DNA from: Verrucomicrobiota bacterium | Lineage (GTDB): Bacteria; Verrucomicrobiota; Verrucomicrobiia; Palsa-1439 | Reading direction: 5' to 3' | DNA: 64,000 nt | NCBI GenBank assembly: GCA_016871575.1 | Contig: VHCW01000001.1 | Span: 35,731 to 99,730, forward strand | Shown: positions 44,813 to 54,627 of the stretch, piece by piece | Numbering within the stretch: the stretch's first letter is position 1 | How the letters are laid out: each line of letters starts with the position of its first letter | Made by a program: the position numbers and the translations under genes | Notes under the pieces: generated by a model | The model's database searches: none | Told to the model about the DNA's origin: nothing | The model's input: the letters and a program-made list of their open reading frames with translations, nothing else

Positions 44813-45934
44813 ATGCAATTGGTCGTTCCCAATCGTGCACCTCTGAGCAGCGAGGAACTGCAACGTTACTCGCGGCACCTGATTTTGCCGGAGGTCGGTC
44901 GCGAGGGGCAGGAGCGGTTGAAGGCGGCGAAGGTGTTGCTGGTCGGCGCCGGCGGACTGGGCTCGCCGGTGGCGATTTACCTCGCGGCAGCCGGCGTCGG
45001 GACAATCGGCATGGTGGACTTCGACGTGGTTGACGCGAGCAATCTGCAGCGTCAGGTGCTTCACTTCACGAGCGACGTCGGCAAACCAAAATTGCAGAGC
45101 GCCTGCGAGAAACTCACCGCACTCAATCCGAACCTGGCGTTTGTCGGGCATGAGACGCGGCTGACGACATCGAACGCGCTGGAGATTGTGCGCGGCTACG
45201 ACGTGGTGGTGGACGGGACGGACAATTTTCCGACGCGCTATCTGGTGAACGATGCGTGTGTGTTGTCAAAGAAGCCGAATGTCTATGGTTCGATTTACCG
45301 ATTCGATGGGATGGCGAGCGTGTTCGCGCCGCACCTCGGCGGGCCGTGTTACCGGTGCTGGTACCCGGAGCCGCCACCGGCGGGCGCGGTGCCGAGCTGC
45401 GCGGAGGCGGGCGTGATCGGCGTGCTCCCCGGTGTCATCGGCAACATCCAAGCGACGGAAGCCATCAAGCTCATCCTCGGCGCGGGCGAGCCGTTACTGG
45501 GGCGGCTGTTGCGGTTCAACGCGCTGGCAATGAGTTTCCGCGAACACCGGATCCCGCGCGACCCGAACTGCCCCTTGTGCGGGCCAAACCCGACTATTAT
45601 TGAACTGAAGGAGATTCCCATGACCTGTTCCCCCGATGACATCAGCGTCGAGCAACTGAAGGCGATGCGCGAACGGAAGGAGGATTTCGTACTGGTGGAC
45701 GTGCGCGACCCGGACGAGTTTGCCGTGAACGAGATTGCGGGCAGCGTGAAGCTGCCGTTGCCGGAGTTGCCGCAACGGTTCGGCGAGTTGCCGAAGAGCA
45801 AGCTGCTTGTATTGCACTGCAAGGCCGGCGGACGCAGTGCGCGGGCGCTGAAGTTTCTGCGGGAGCAGGGCTACACGCGGCTGAGGAATTTGGCGGGCGG
45901 CATCACGGCGTGGGAACAACGTTGTCGAGATTGA
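44813..45934 (+). CDS. moeB: Molybdopterin-synthase/thiamin-type E1-like adenylyltransferase (MoeB/ThiF) with a C-terminal rhodanese domain (MoeZ-like).
   Basis: LLVGAGGLGSP Rossmann motif, CxxC pairs, and a C-terminal rhodanese segment (..VLHCKAGGRS..). Confidence 0.8.
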   Translation: MQLVVPNRAPLSSEELQRYSRHLILPEVGREGQERLKAAKVLLVGAGGLGSPVAIYLAAAGVGTIGMVDFDVVDASNLQRQVLHFTSDVGKPKLQSACEKLTALNPNLAFVGHETRLTTSNALEIVRGYDVVVDGTDNFPTRYLVNDACVLSKKPNVYGSIYRFDGMASVFAPHLGGPCYRCWYPEPPPAGAVPSCAEAGVIGVLPGVIGNIQATEAIKLILGAGEPLLGRLLRFNALAMSFREHRIPRDPNCPLCGPNPTIIELKEIPMTCSPDDISVEQLKAMRERKEDFVLVDVRDPDEFAVNEIAGSVKLPLPELPQRFGELPKSKLLVLHCKAGGRSARALKFLREQGYTRLRNLAGGITAWEQRCRD

Positions 45935-45956
45935 CTGTGTTGGGTATAAGAAGCGC

Positions 45957-46751
45957 ATGGCAATTCATCCGACAGCGATTGTGAGTCCGCGGGCTGAGCT
46001 TGATCCGACCGTGGAGGTGGGACCCTATGTGATCATCGAGGACAACGTGCGCATCGGCGCGGGCACGCGCGTGATGGCGCGCGCGTTCCTGACCGGCCAC
46101 ACGGAGATCGGGCGTGATAACCAGATCCACATGGGCGCCGTGATCGGGCACGAGCCGCAGGACGTGAAGTTCACGCCGTCCACGCTCAGTTATCTGCGGA
46201 TCGGCGACCGCAACATTTTCCGCGAGTACTGCACGGTGCATCGCGCCACGGATCCGGAGAGCGCGACCATCATCGGCAACGATTGTTTCCTGATGGCCAC
46301 CGCGCACGTCGGGCACAATTGCGTGATCGGCAACCAGGTGATCATCTGCAACGGCGCGCTGGTGGCGGGCTACGTGCACGTCGGCGACCGCGCCTTTTTG
46401 TCAGGCTGCGTGCTGATTCACCAGTTCACGCACATCGGGCGGCTGGCGATGTTTTCCGGCGGCGCGCGCGTCTCGATGGACGTGCCGCCGTTCACGCTGG
46501 CGGCGGAACGCAACGAGGTGCACGCGCTGAACCTGATCGGCCTGAAGCGCGCCGGCCTCAACCCGCCAACCATCACGGAGTTGAAGAAACTGTTCCGTCT
46601 TTTCTACCACTCCGGCTTGAACGGGACACAGGCGTTGGCCGAAGCGGCGAAGGATGGGGTTTTTGTGACGGCCGAGGCGAAAGAGTTTATTGATTTTGTG
46701 AAGCGCTCCCCGAACGGGATTTGCCCGGGGCCGGCGCAGGCTGCTCATTGA
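45957..46751 (+). CDS. lpxA: Acyl-ACP--UDP-N-acetylglucosamine O-acyltransferase.
   Basis: MAIHPTAIVSP...; hexapeptide repeats; 264 aa. Confidence 0.85.
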   Translation: MAIHPTAIVSPRAELDPTVEVGPYVIIEDNVRIGAGTRVMARAFLTGHTEIGRDNQIHMGAVIGHEPQDVKFTPSTLSYLRIGDRNIFREYCTVHRATDPESATIIGNDCFLMATAHVGHNCVIGNQVIICNGALVAGYVHVGDRAFLSGCVLIHQFTHIGRLAMFSGGARVSMDVPPFTLAAERNEVHALNLIGLKRAGLNPPTITELKKLFRLFYHSGLNGTQALAEAAKDGVFVTAEAKEFIDFVKRSPNGICPGPAQAAH

Positions 46752-48672
46752 GCGGCGTCTTGGCGCGCATCTCCGCCAATCGTTGGTCGCGTTCCTGTTT
46801 TTCCCGGAACTTGGCAAGCGCCTCGGCGGCATTGTCGCGCACAAGGCTGTTGTCGTCGTTGAGGGCGCGGCTGAGCAACGGTTGCGCGGCAGGATCGCCA
46901 ATCTGACCCAATGCCCATATGACAGCCGCGCGGACGCGCGCTTCCTTCTCGCGATCGCGCCGCCATGCGGTGACGCCTGTGCCGGAGCCGTCTTGGATGA
47001 CGAGGCCGGCCGTGCCCTGCTGCGTAAGCTGTTCGTAATAGACGCGCACGGCGTCTTGGAGGGGATTGACAGCGCGGGAATCGCCGATGTGGCCAAGCGA
47101 GTAGGCGGCTGTGGCTTGAAGTTCAATGCTGGTGGATTTCAATCCGTGCTTGATGAGCGGCTCGACTGCTTCGGGGGAGCGCAATTCACCGAGGGCGGTG
47201 GCCACAACGCCTTTTTGTTTGATCACGTCGAGTTTGATTTTATCGGCAAGAATGTCGTTCTTCGTTTTCAGGACAAGGCCAGCCTCCCCACCGTCGGGCG
47301 CGTCGAGTTTTGTCAGCAGCGCAATCAATGCAGGCACGGCAGAACGGTCGCCGAGTTTGCCGAGGGCCTCGGCCGCGGCGCTGCGGACGAAACTGTTCTC
47401 GTCGTGCAACAACGGGATCAGCTTGGACGTGGCATCCTTCTCTTGCAGGCGGCCAATCGCTCGCGTGGCCGCGGCGCGGACATGGGGATTGGCGTCGTTG
47501 AGCTTGTCCATCAATGTTTTCGCGCCCGTGCGCTCGCCGATTTTCTGCAGCGCGTCCACAGCCGCCAATCGCACGATGGGGCTGGGGTCGTTGATGGCTT
47601 CGTTGACCGCCGTCAGTTGGTTCGTGCCACCAAGGGCGCCGAACACATCCATGATTTGCCCGCGCACCTCGGCGTGGGAATTGGTAAGGTGTTTCGTCAA
47701 TTCCGGCAACGCCCCAATGCAGCGCCCCGCACACATGGCCCTCGTCGCATGAAAGGAGACGTTGCGATCGTCTGAGACCATCGAGTCCACCAAGGCTTTC
47801 ACGGTTTGGTCGGCATTGGCAAAAGTGAGCGCATCGGCGGCGCGGTCACGGACAAGGGCAAATTCGTCGGAACGCAGGATGTCAATGATGGCCTCCGAAA
47901 TCTTCGCTTGGGAAGAAACCGGTCCATTGCGTGTTCCCAGCGCGGACACAGCCGCCGCGCGCACGTGCCAATCGGTATCCTTCAAGGCTGTCTCCAACGC
48001 CTTGATGGCCTCCGGACTCTTGTATGCCGACAGGGCGCCGGCCGCCGCGGTGCGCACTTCGACACTGGGATCCTGCAGGCGCTTGATAAATGCCTGCTCG
48101 CTGGTTGGGTCGCGTTTGACGGAGGCTGCCCGAACCGCCTCCATTCGCACCATCGCGTTCTCATCGTCCATGGCGCCAATCAAGGTGGGCAGGATATTCT
48201 TGTCACCGGTCCGCCCAAGCGTGGCAACGGCCAACCGCCGAACTTCGGGCCGTTGGTCTTTGAGTGCTGCAATGTCGGCGGGCGCCAGAACAATCTGTCG
48301 CAATCGGACGAGCGCACCTGAGGCCGCCATGCGTACTGATTCACTGTCATCCTGCAACAATGACCAGAGCAGCGTGGCGCCGCCCTGTTCGCCCAGTTCC
48401 GCAAGCAAAAGAATCACGAGCAGCCGAATTTCGCTTCGCGTGTCTTTGGCCAGTTGCGCCAAGACCTCGATGGCACGGGGCGCATTTTCCAGTTTGCCTT
48501 GGATTTCCTTGACGGCCTCGGATGGGTATTGCTCGCTGAAATGACACTGGCGATAGGCGCGCTCCAGCCGCTTGTCCACCGGCGCTGCAGCATGACTGGC
48601 CAATGCCATCCCGGCGATGAGAAATAGCATGACACGCCAAGAACGGGACGGAGATGACAAAAACAGGTTCAT
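46687..48672 (-). CDS. Secreted HEAT-repeat (PBS-lyase HEAT-like) protein.
   Basis: Signal peptide, then many repeats of ..VR..A..ALG.. spacing. Its 3' end overlaps the 3' end of lpxA by 65 nt (convergent). Confidence 0.6.
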   Translation of the reverse strand: MNLFLSSPSRSWRVMLFLIAGMALASHAAAPVDKRLERAYRQCHFSEQYPSEAVKEIQGKLENAPRAIEVLAQLAKDTRSEIRLLVILLLAELGEQGGATLLWSLLQDDSESVRMAASGALVRLRQIVLAPADIAALKDQRPEVRRLAVATLGRTGDKNILPTLIGAMDDENAMVRMEAVRAASVKRDPTSEQAFIKRLQDPSVEVRTAAAGALSAYKSPEAIKALETALKDTDWHVRAAAVSALGTRNGPVSSQAKISEAIIDILRSDEFALVRDRAADALTFANADQTVKALVDSMVSDDRNVSFHATRAMCAGRCIGALPELTKHLTNSHAEVRGQIMDVFGALGGTNQLTAVNEAINDPSPIVRLAAVDALQKIGERTGAKTLMDKLNDANPHVRAAATRAIGRLQEKDATSKLIPLLHDENSFVRSAAAEALGKLGDRSAVPALIALLTKLDAPDGGEAGLVLKTKNDILADKIKLDVIKQKGVVATALGELRSPEAVEPLIKHGLKSTSIELQATAAYSLGHIGDSRAVNPLQDAVRVYYEQLTQQGTAGLVIQDGSGTGVTAWRRDREKEARVRAAVIWALGQIGDPAAQPLLSRALNDDNSLVRDNAAEALAKFREKQERDQRLAEMRAKTPLNEQPAPAPGKSRSGSASQNQ

Positions 48673-49703
48673 TGCGGGTACCCCGGTCCGCGTTTGATCC
48701 GTCCGATGCCCTTGGACACGGCGTGCGTGAGTCGCGGCAGCCCCTTGTCGAGAAATTCCTTCGGCAACATGGTCGTCGCCGTCACAGTGGGACCGTCCAC
48801 TTGGATTTGCGCCCGCTTCAGCGCATCCAATCCCACCATTGATGTTCCGGAGCCGCCGGTGCGGAGCCGTCCCAACCCCAGCCCCATCATGCGCAAGTCG
48901 GAAAGCATCTGGGCCAGGTTGCGCGCTTTTTGCGGGTCGTAACTAAGCGCCACCATCTCAAAGCGGAACGCATCCAGCGAGATTTTGCCCTTGATCAAGA
49001 CAACAGCAATGTACGGGCGGAACTCCTCGGTAAACAGTTTGCCCGGATCCGGCAGAACGGCGATAAACGAAACGGGGTCGTGCAGGTAATTCTCGACGAT
49101 GGGATATTGGCCGGCAATGCCGGCTTCGATGACTTCGCGCTGGCGTTTTTCCACCTCCTTGTTGGCGAGGATCAACACCTCGCGCCCGAGCAAGGACAAT
49201 CCGCGTTGTCCCAAGCTAAAGAACTGCTCGTTGAGAGAACTGCGCCAGTATCCATCGGTGCTGAACCGCGGGAGGTAGGCGGGGACCAGATTGCCAAACA
49301 CATGGATGGCCACGTCGCGCAATTCCCCCTCCGAGCGGAAGGTGATCAGCATCATCGCGATATCGCCGTGGGCCAGCGCCTGTTCGGAGCCGACGGCATG
49401 GCTGAGCGCTTCCTTGATCTGTTCGAGCAACGGCGGGTTGTCCCCGAAAGCCATCTGGAGAAAGGCCGCGGAAAATTCCTTGCGCGCCGGCGTTTTGACA
49501 ATCATTTCATCACGACGGGCGGCTTCCTGGACAGCATCGCGCACTTGCTTGGCTTCCTCGGCCACCCGGCGATAGCGCTGGGAGACATTGAGCGCCAAGC
49601 CGCCGCCGGCAATCAACAGGACAACCAGCAGCGTCCACACCCATGCGCTGATGTTTTTGCCTTTGCGTCCTGCGGGCCTGTTACTACGCGCCGCCATGGT
49701 CAA
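48669..49703 (-). CDS. Hypothetical membrane-anchored protein; a member of the MotA/ExbB-like operon.
   Basis: Single N-terminal transmembrane helix (NISAWVWTLLVVLLIAGGGLAL). Confidence 0.45.
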   Translation of the reverse strand: MTMAARSNRPAGRKGKNISAWVWTLLVVLLIAGGGLALNVSQRYRRVAEEAKQVRDAVQEAARRDEMIVKTPARKEFSAAFLQMAFGDNPPLLEQIKEALSHAVGSEQALAHGDIAMMLITFRSEGELRDVAIHVFGNLVPAYLPRFSTDGYWRSSLNEQFFSLGQRGLSLLGREVLILANKEVEKRQREVIEAGIAGQYPIVENYLHDPVSFIAVLPDPGKLFTEEFRPYIAVVLIKGKISLDAFRFEMVALSYDPQKARNLAQMLSDLRMMGLGLGRLRTGGSGTSMVGLDALKRAQIQVDGPTVTATTMLPKEFLDKGLPRLTHAVSKGIGRIKRGPGYPQ

Positions 49704-49707
49704 CTCG

Positions 49708-50343
49708 TTATTGTACTCCTACAACTTGTCCGCCGGCGCCGAACTTGATCGGCTCATCAATGCCGAGCATTTCCCAACCAGTGTCGAACCCTCGTTCGTC
49801 GGCCAGAAAACGCGCCTTGCGGAACACTTGGAAACTATCATCTCGCACCAGAAATGCAATATACTGTTTCTGCGGGTCCAATTGATTCAGGATGATCTGA
49901 AACTTGCCGGCGGCGCGGTCCACGTCTTCCACGCTCTCGCCGCGCGCCTCCTCGCGGGGTTCCAGCGCCATGATGGCGGTCAACAGATAACTGGGATTGA
50001 CACGGTAATACTCATTGGTCACCTGGCGTCCCAGCAGGGCCTTGAGAAAACCGCTCAAATCGCCGCTGCGAACACCGGGCGTGACGGAGTTCAAAAGCTC
50101 CGCCACCTGGTCGTCCAGCGCGGCTTTGTTGACATTGAACAACTCGTTGTTGCGGCACTCAAAGAAATACGCGGTTTTGCCGGTGACGATGGTCTTGGGC
50201 GTCATGCGCAGTTCGGGCACCTTGGTCGCCTCGAACACCGTGATGATGGTCGCCATGAACAACGCCGAGATCGAAATGGTCAGGATGTCGCAAAACGACG
50301 TCAAGAGCATCTCGGGGTCGCTTTTTTTGATTCTGGCTGCCAT
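49708..50343 (-). CDS. ExbD/TolR-like membrane protein; second copy in the operon.
   Basis: N-terminal ..EMLLTSFCDILTISISALFMATIITV.. resembles the ExbD transmembrane anchor. Confidence 0.4.
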   Translation of the reverse strand: MAARIKKSDPEMLLTSFCDILTISISALFMATIITVFEATKVPELRMTPKTIVTGKTAYFFECRNNELFNVNKAALDDQVAELLNSVTPGVRSGDLSGFLKALLGRQVTNEYYRVNPSYLLTAIMALEPREEARGESVEDVDRAAGKFQIILNQLDPQKQYIAFLVRDDSFQVFRKARFLADERGFDTGWEMLGIDEPIKFGAGGQVVGVQ

Positions 50344-50349
50344 GCCTCG

Positions 50350-50847
50350 CTATTCCTCCACGACACCCAGGGAGCGGAGCGCTTCGCTCCAGTTCACCTT
50401 GAAGTCCGCGTCAATCACATCATAACCGATGTCAATCGGTCGTTTGCCCAACAGACTCCGCACGGTGCGGTACAAATCAATGGACTTCGGGCGCACCATC
50501 ACGATCACATACTCCTCTTCCCGTTTTTCCTGAATCTTATCCAGCATCTTCTCCAACTCGTTGCCGGGGCGTTGGAGGTTCTCCCAGGTCAACTTTTTGC
50601 TGCCGGGGTAGAGCATGATATACTCGGGGCCGCAATCAATGTACGAGGGCACTTTGGGGTTGTGCGGCGATGACCGGCTGCTGCTGAATAATTTGAAGGA
50701 AACCACCTTGACCAGTTTCGGGTTCAGCGCGATGCGCAACGCGATGACGAACAGGATCAGGCAGATCAAGCCTGTCACGATGGACATGACAGACAGGAAT
50801 CCGGTGACATCCAGATCCGTCTTCATCTTGGTGCGTTTTCTGGCCAC
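50350..50847 (-). CDS. ExbD/TolR-like biopolymer transport protein.
   Basis: ..LDVTGFLSVMSIVTGLICLILFVIAL.. and a C-terminal ..EYVIVMVRPKSIDLYRTVRSLLG.. resembling the ExbD periplasmic domain. Confidence 0.5.
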   Translation of the reverse strand: MARKRTKMKTDLDVTGFLSVMSIVTGLICLILFVIALRIALNPKLVKVVSFKLFSSSRSSPHNPKVPSYIDCGPEYIMLYPGSKKLTWENLQRPGNELEKMLDKIQEKREEEYVIVMVRPKSIDLYRTVRSLLGKRPIDIGYDVIDADFKVNWSEALRSLGVVEE

Positions 50848-50868
50848 GAGAAGAACGTCTCCGTCAGG

Positions 50869-52698
50869 TTAGTCTTCGGCCCGGGTTTCCTGGAACACCA
50901 CCTTGCGCGGCCGCGACAACTGCCGCAACAACTCGTCGCTGGCCGAGAGGTGCGTCCGCAGGTTCGCCAGTGTCTGGCGGAACTCGTCAGAACTGCCAAC
51001 CTGCCGCAGCGTGGTTTCCACCGATTGCGTGGTGCGCAGCACCTTGTCAATTTCGATGCCAATCCGTTGGATGGATTGGAGTTGCTCGTTGAGCGAGTCC
51101 ACGGAAGCCTGGATGCGCCCGCTGTAATTCGCGGAAGCGGCATCCATGGTGCTCACCGCCTGCTTGAAGGTGTCTCCCAGTTGCAGTGCCAGTTTGTTGA
51201 AGTCGGCGACCATTTTCTCCCAGCGCGTGATTTCCTTCCGGTCCAACTCCGCAATGGCGCTCAGGTATTTCTCGTGGGCCTCGGCAAACTGGACGGACTG
51301 GCCCCGGCTGACCGTGGCGATTTGCTCGGACAACTGCTGGAACCGATCGGACGACTTCAAATCGGTTTTTGCCTGAAGTTCCAGATAACGCTCCTGCGCC
51401 CTGCGGAATTCATCGGGCATCTGGAGGGACAATCGCTTCATTTCGTCCATCAGTCCGTTCATGCGGGCAACCTGTCGCTCCTCCATTTCGGTCAATGATT
51501 GTCCCATCTTTTGGGACTGTTCGTTGAGTTGCTGGGCCAGGCACTGGGTGCCCAGATGGAACGCATTGGCGACGCCTTCCAGTTTGACGCCAAGCTGCGA
51601 CCCCAATTCGCCGACGCGCCGCTCGTAGTTTTGCGCAAATTCATCGTACTTCTGGTTGATGAGATCGCCGGCCTTGGTGATGGCCCGCGTGAAAACTTCC
51701 TCGTAGCGGTCGGGATTCGGCAACCGGCGAAAACCGGCGTCAATGGCTTGGGCCAATTCCTCGATGGGGAACTTCTGTTGCGCCGTGACGCTTTCGATTC
51801 CCTGGCGAATCGCCTGCGCCATTTCTTCAATGGGGAACGCGTTTTTGGTCAGCTCCGATTCCGTTGGCAGACGCAAGACGAGGCTGTTCTCGGTCAACTC
51901 GTCAATGGACTCCATCATCCCTTCCTCGACCTTTTCCATCACCAAGCTGCTGAACGCCGCGATGGTGGCAAAAATCAGGCCCAACAACGTCGTGTAAAAC
52001 GCCACGCCAAGGCCCGTTGTGATCAAGCCGACTTGCACCTTGATCGCTTCCGGCGTGACCGCGCCCTGCAAGAAGCCAGCAAAATTGCTGACCGCCAAGC
52101 TCACGCCGTACACCGTCCCGATGAACCCCAATACCGGCAGTGCCCAGATGAACAAGCGATTCAGACGGAACGAGGTGTCAGAAGCCGCAGCGTCCAACTC
52201 GGATTCCTCCTTGGCCATGTCCGCGGCGCGGTCCGAGCTTTGCGTGTTCACATACACGGACAAGACGCGCGTGACGCGGGTATAACAGATGCTCTCGGTC
52301 AACTCCGTGTTCGCGGTGAGCCTCTCGAAGGCCATCACCACTTCTTCCATGTTGCGCAAATTCAAATTGGCAGGCACCACTTCCCCTTCTGTCCGGGCCC
52401 GTTCCTTGCGCACGCGGAGCATCTTCAGGATGATGCCTACGACGGAAACCGCCCACATAAAGGTGATCAAGAAAGTGAAGACAGCGTTGTTGGGATCCCA
52501 ATTCGGCTTGCCTTCCTTCAAGGCCGCCTCCGCCGCGTGTCCGATAAACACGTCGCGCACGAACGAATTGGCTGGCAACGGCCACAACGCGCCAAAGATC
52601 ACAAGGGCAAGGGCAAGCCCTCCTCCCAGCATGATTGCAAGAGACACGCTTGTTGTGGGGCGTTTATGTGTTGGAAACTCAGCTTTATATGTAGCCAT
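50869..52698 (-). CDS. MotA/TolQ/ExbB proton-channel family protein with a ~350-aa C-terminal coiled-coil extension.
   Basis: ..LPVLGFIGTVYGVSLAVSNFA.. MotA/ExbB signature helix. The C-terminal half is heptad-rich (EE/QQ/LL). Confidence 0.68.
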   Translation of the reverse strand: MATYKAEFPTHKRPTTSVSLAIMLGGGLALALVIFGALWPLPANSFVRDVFIGHAAEAALKEGKPNWDPNNAVFTFLITFMWAVSVVGIILKMLRVRKERARTEGEVVPANLNLRNMEEVVMAFERLTANTELTESICYTRVTRVLSVYVNTQSSDRAADMAKEESELDAAASDTSFRLNRLFIWALPVLGFIGTVYGVSLAVSNFAGFLQGAVTPEAIKVQVGLITTGLGVAFYTTLLGLIFATIAAFSSLVMEKVEEGMMESIDELTENSLVLRLPTESELTKNAFPIEEMAQAIRQGIESVTAQQKFPIEELAQAIDAGFRRLPNPDRYEEVFTRAITKAGDLINQKYDEFAQNYERRVGELGSQLGVKLEGVANAFHLGTQCLAQQLNEQSQKMGQSLTEMEERQVARMNGLMDEMKRLSLQMPDEFRRAQERYLELQAKTDLKSSDRFQQLSEQIATVSRGQSVQFAEAHEKYLSAIAELDRKEITRWEKMVADFNKLALQLGDTFKQAVSTMDAASANYSGRIQASVDSLNEQLQSIQRIGIEIDKVLRTTQSVETTLRQVGSSDEFRQTLANLRTHLSASDELLRQLSRPRKVVFQETRAED

Positions 52699-52807
52699 GG
52701 TGGTCTGACTCCTGTTGCTTGATTCAACGTCTCAATTCTGCCAGATGAACACTCGCTCGTAACCTCTTGTTACATTCCTTTAACAAACCGATTACGGCAT
52801 GTCAACG

Positions 52808-52834
52808 CCCAACTTTCCCAACTTTCCCAACTTT
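52808..52834. repeat. 9-bp direct repeat (cccaacttt x3) roughly 110-135 bp upstream of the MotA/ExbB-like gene.
   Basis: Read directly: gcccaactttcccaactttcccaactttgggc. Confidence 0.8.
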
Positions 52835-53212
52835 GGGCGCGGTGGCGGTCGTAGGCTTTCTGAAAGTCGGCGGGATCGAGGAAGGCGAACACGTGCAACT
52901 TGCGCCCTTCCATGCGGTCTTTGCGGTTGACGAAAAATTCCCGAATCTCCGCGTAAAACTTCTCACAGCGCCGGGCGATCATGTCGCCGTGCGCGCAGCA
53001 ATGGATGACGAAGTGCTCGGTCTCGCCGTTTTTCCCCAGTCGGTGATCTGCTTGTCGGAAAGCTGCTCGAACGGTTTCTCGTCGCGATAGGCATTGCGGG
53101 CTGGCGGCATGGCCGGTGCGGCAGCGGCAGTGGAGGCGGAAGGCTTGAGCCGCTTCTCGCCTTCCGACACAACCTTCAAATCGCCGGCCGTGCGGCCCCT
53201 GGCGACGATGTG

Positions 53213-53476
53213 CTACTTGACGGCCACGTCCGAAAGAGGCGACGGCGCCATGCTGAGCAGTTTGATCGTCAATGCAACCTTCTGCGTGCGCTCGGCCACC
53301 TCCGGGGTGTACTGCTTTCCGCCCGGCACTGGTGTGACTGTGCCGCGCTTCTTGACCACACGGGAACTCTCTTCCTTCTTCTCCGCGTTCACCTGGACCG
53401 GCAACAATCCCTGCGCCGCCGAGCCTGATACCAAAAGCCAAGCGGCCAGCAATACGAACAAGATGTGTCGTGTCAT
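53213..53476 (-). CDS. Small secreted hypothetical protein.
   Basis: Signal peptide MTRHILFVLLAAWLLVSGSAAQG; Lys/Glu-rich mature part. Confidence 0.4.
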   Translation of the reverse strand: MTRHILFVLLAAWLLVSGSAAQGLLPVQVNAEKKEESSRVVKKRGTVTPVPGGKQYTPEVAERTQKVALTIKLLSMAPSPLSDVAVK

Positions 53477-53499
53477 GTCCCGTCCTCTTGTTGAATGCG

Positions 53500-54567
53500 T
53501 CAATTGACGGTTGAGGCCAAACGTTTGTTGTAATCATCCGTCATCAATGCCTCGATCAACTCCTCCAAATCCCCCTGCAAAATCGCCGGGAGATTCTGGA
53601 TGGTCAAGTTGATGCGGTGATCGGTCACGCGGTTCTGGGGAAAGTTGTAGGTGCGAATCTTCTCGCTGCGGTCGCCGGTGCCGACCTGGTCGCGCCGCGT
53701 CGCCGACATCCTCGCGGCCTCCTCTTCCTGTTTGTGGGCGAGGAGGCGCGAACGGAGAACGCGCAGCGCCTTGTTCTTGTTCTTGAGCTGGCTGCGCTCG
53801 TCGGCGCAACGAACGGTGACGCCGGTGGGTTTGTGGACGATGCGCACGGCGCTGTCGGTGGTGTTCACGCCCTGGCCGCCGGGGCCGCCGGCGCGGCAGA
53901 CGCTGATGTCGAGGTCTTCGGGCTTCAACTGGATGTCCACGTCCTCCGCTTCGGGCAACACGGCGACCGTGGCCGCCGAGGTGTGGATGCGGCCTTGCGC
54001 CTCGGTCTCGGGGACGCGCTGGACGCGGTGAACGCCGCTTTCGTAACGCATCTTCTTGAAGACGTCCTGACCGTTGACGGAGAAGATGATTTCCTTGAAG
54101 CCGCCGCGTTCGCTGGGGCTGGTGTCCATGATCTCGACCTTCCAGCCTTGGGTGTCGGCGAACTTGTTGTACATCCGGAAGAGGTCGCCGGCAAACAAGG
54201 CCGCTTCCTCGCCCCCGGTGCCGGCGCGGATCTCGACGATGGTGTTCCGTGAATCGTTGGGATCCGGCGGAACAAGGCCACGTTGAACGTCGCGGTCGGC
54301 GCGTTCGAGGTCTCGTCGGAGCGGTTCCAGTTCGGACTTCGCCAGTTCGCCCAGTTCCGGGTCGGCGACGAGTTTCTCGTTTTCGGCGATTTGTTTCTGG
54401 AGCGCCTGCCAACGGTCGGCATCGGCAAGGAGCTTGCGGACGCGCTGGAGTTCGCGCGCGAGGTCGCCGGCGCGGCGCTGGTCGGCGAAGACGGCGGGAT
54501 TGGACAACTCGGCTTCGAGGTCGCCGGCGCGTTTGCGGAACCGGTCCAGGTTGGGCAGGGCGTTCAT
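53500..54567 (-). CDS. prfA: Peptide chain release factor 1.
   Basis: GGQGVN (the GGQ motif) and a P-E-T tripeptide (RF1-type PxT). Confidence 0.9.
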   Translation of the reverse strand: MNALPNLDRFRKRAGDLEAELSNPAVFADQRRAGDLARELQRVRKLLADADRWQALQKQIAENEKLVADPELGELAKSELEPLRRDLERADRDVQRGLVPPDPNDSRNTIVEIRAGTGGEEAALFAGDLFRMYNKFADTQGWKVEIMDTSPSERGGFKEIIFSVNGQDVFKKMRYESGVHRVQRVPETEAQGRIHTSAATVAVLPEAEDVDIQLKPEDLDISVCRAGGPGGQGVNTTDSAVRIVHKPTGVTVRCADERSQLKNKNKALRVLRSRLLAHKQEEEAARMSATRRDQVGTGDRSEKIRTYNFPQNRVTDHRINLTIQNLPAILQGDLEELIEALMTDDYNKRLASTVN

Positions 54568-54627
54568 GGGGAAAAAAGAAAGATTCGCCCCGAAAGGTTC
54601 CGGGGCGAATCTTTGTTGCGAAAACAG

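Noticed and set aside
46687-46751. 65-nt convergent overlap between the lpxA and HEAT-repeat gene 3' ends, taken as a possible sign of mis-called stops.
   Set aside because: Both reading frames stay open and protein-like through the overlap, so it is probably a genuine 3'-3' overlap. Not reported as a separate finding.
52770-53537. 255-aa minus-strand ORF spanning the gap between the secreted mini-protein and the MotA-like gene.
   Set aside because: Most of it is Gly/Arg/Ala-rich shadow overlapping the better small-secreted-protein ORF. Only its last ~70 codons look protein-like; these are treated as part of the possible frameshifted small gene.
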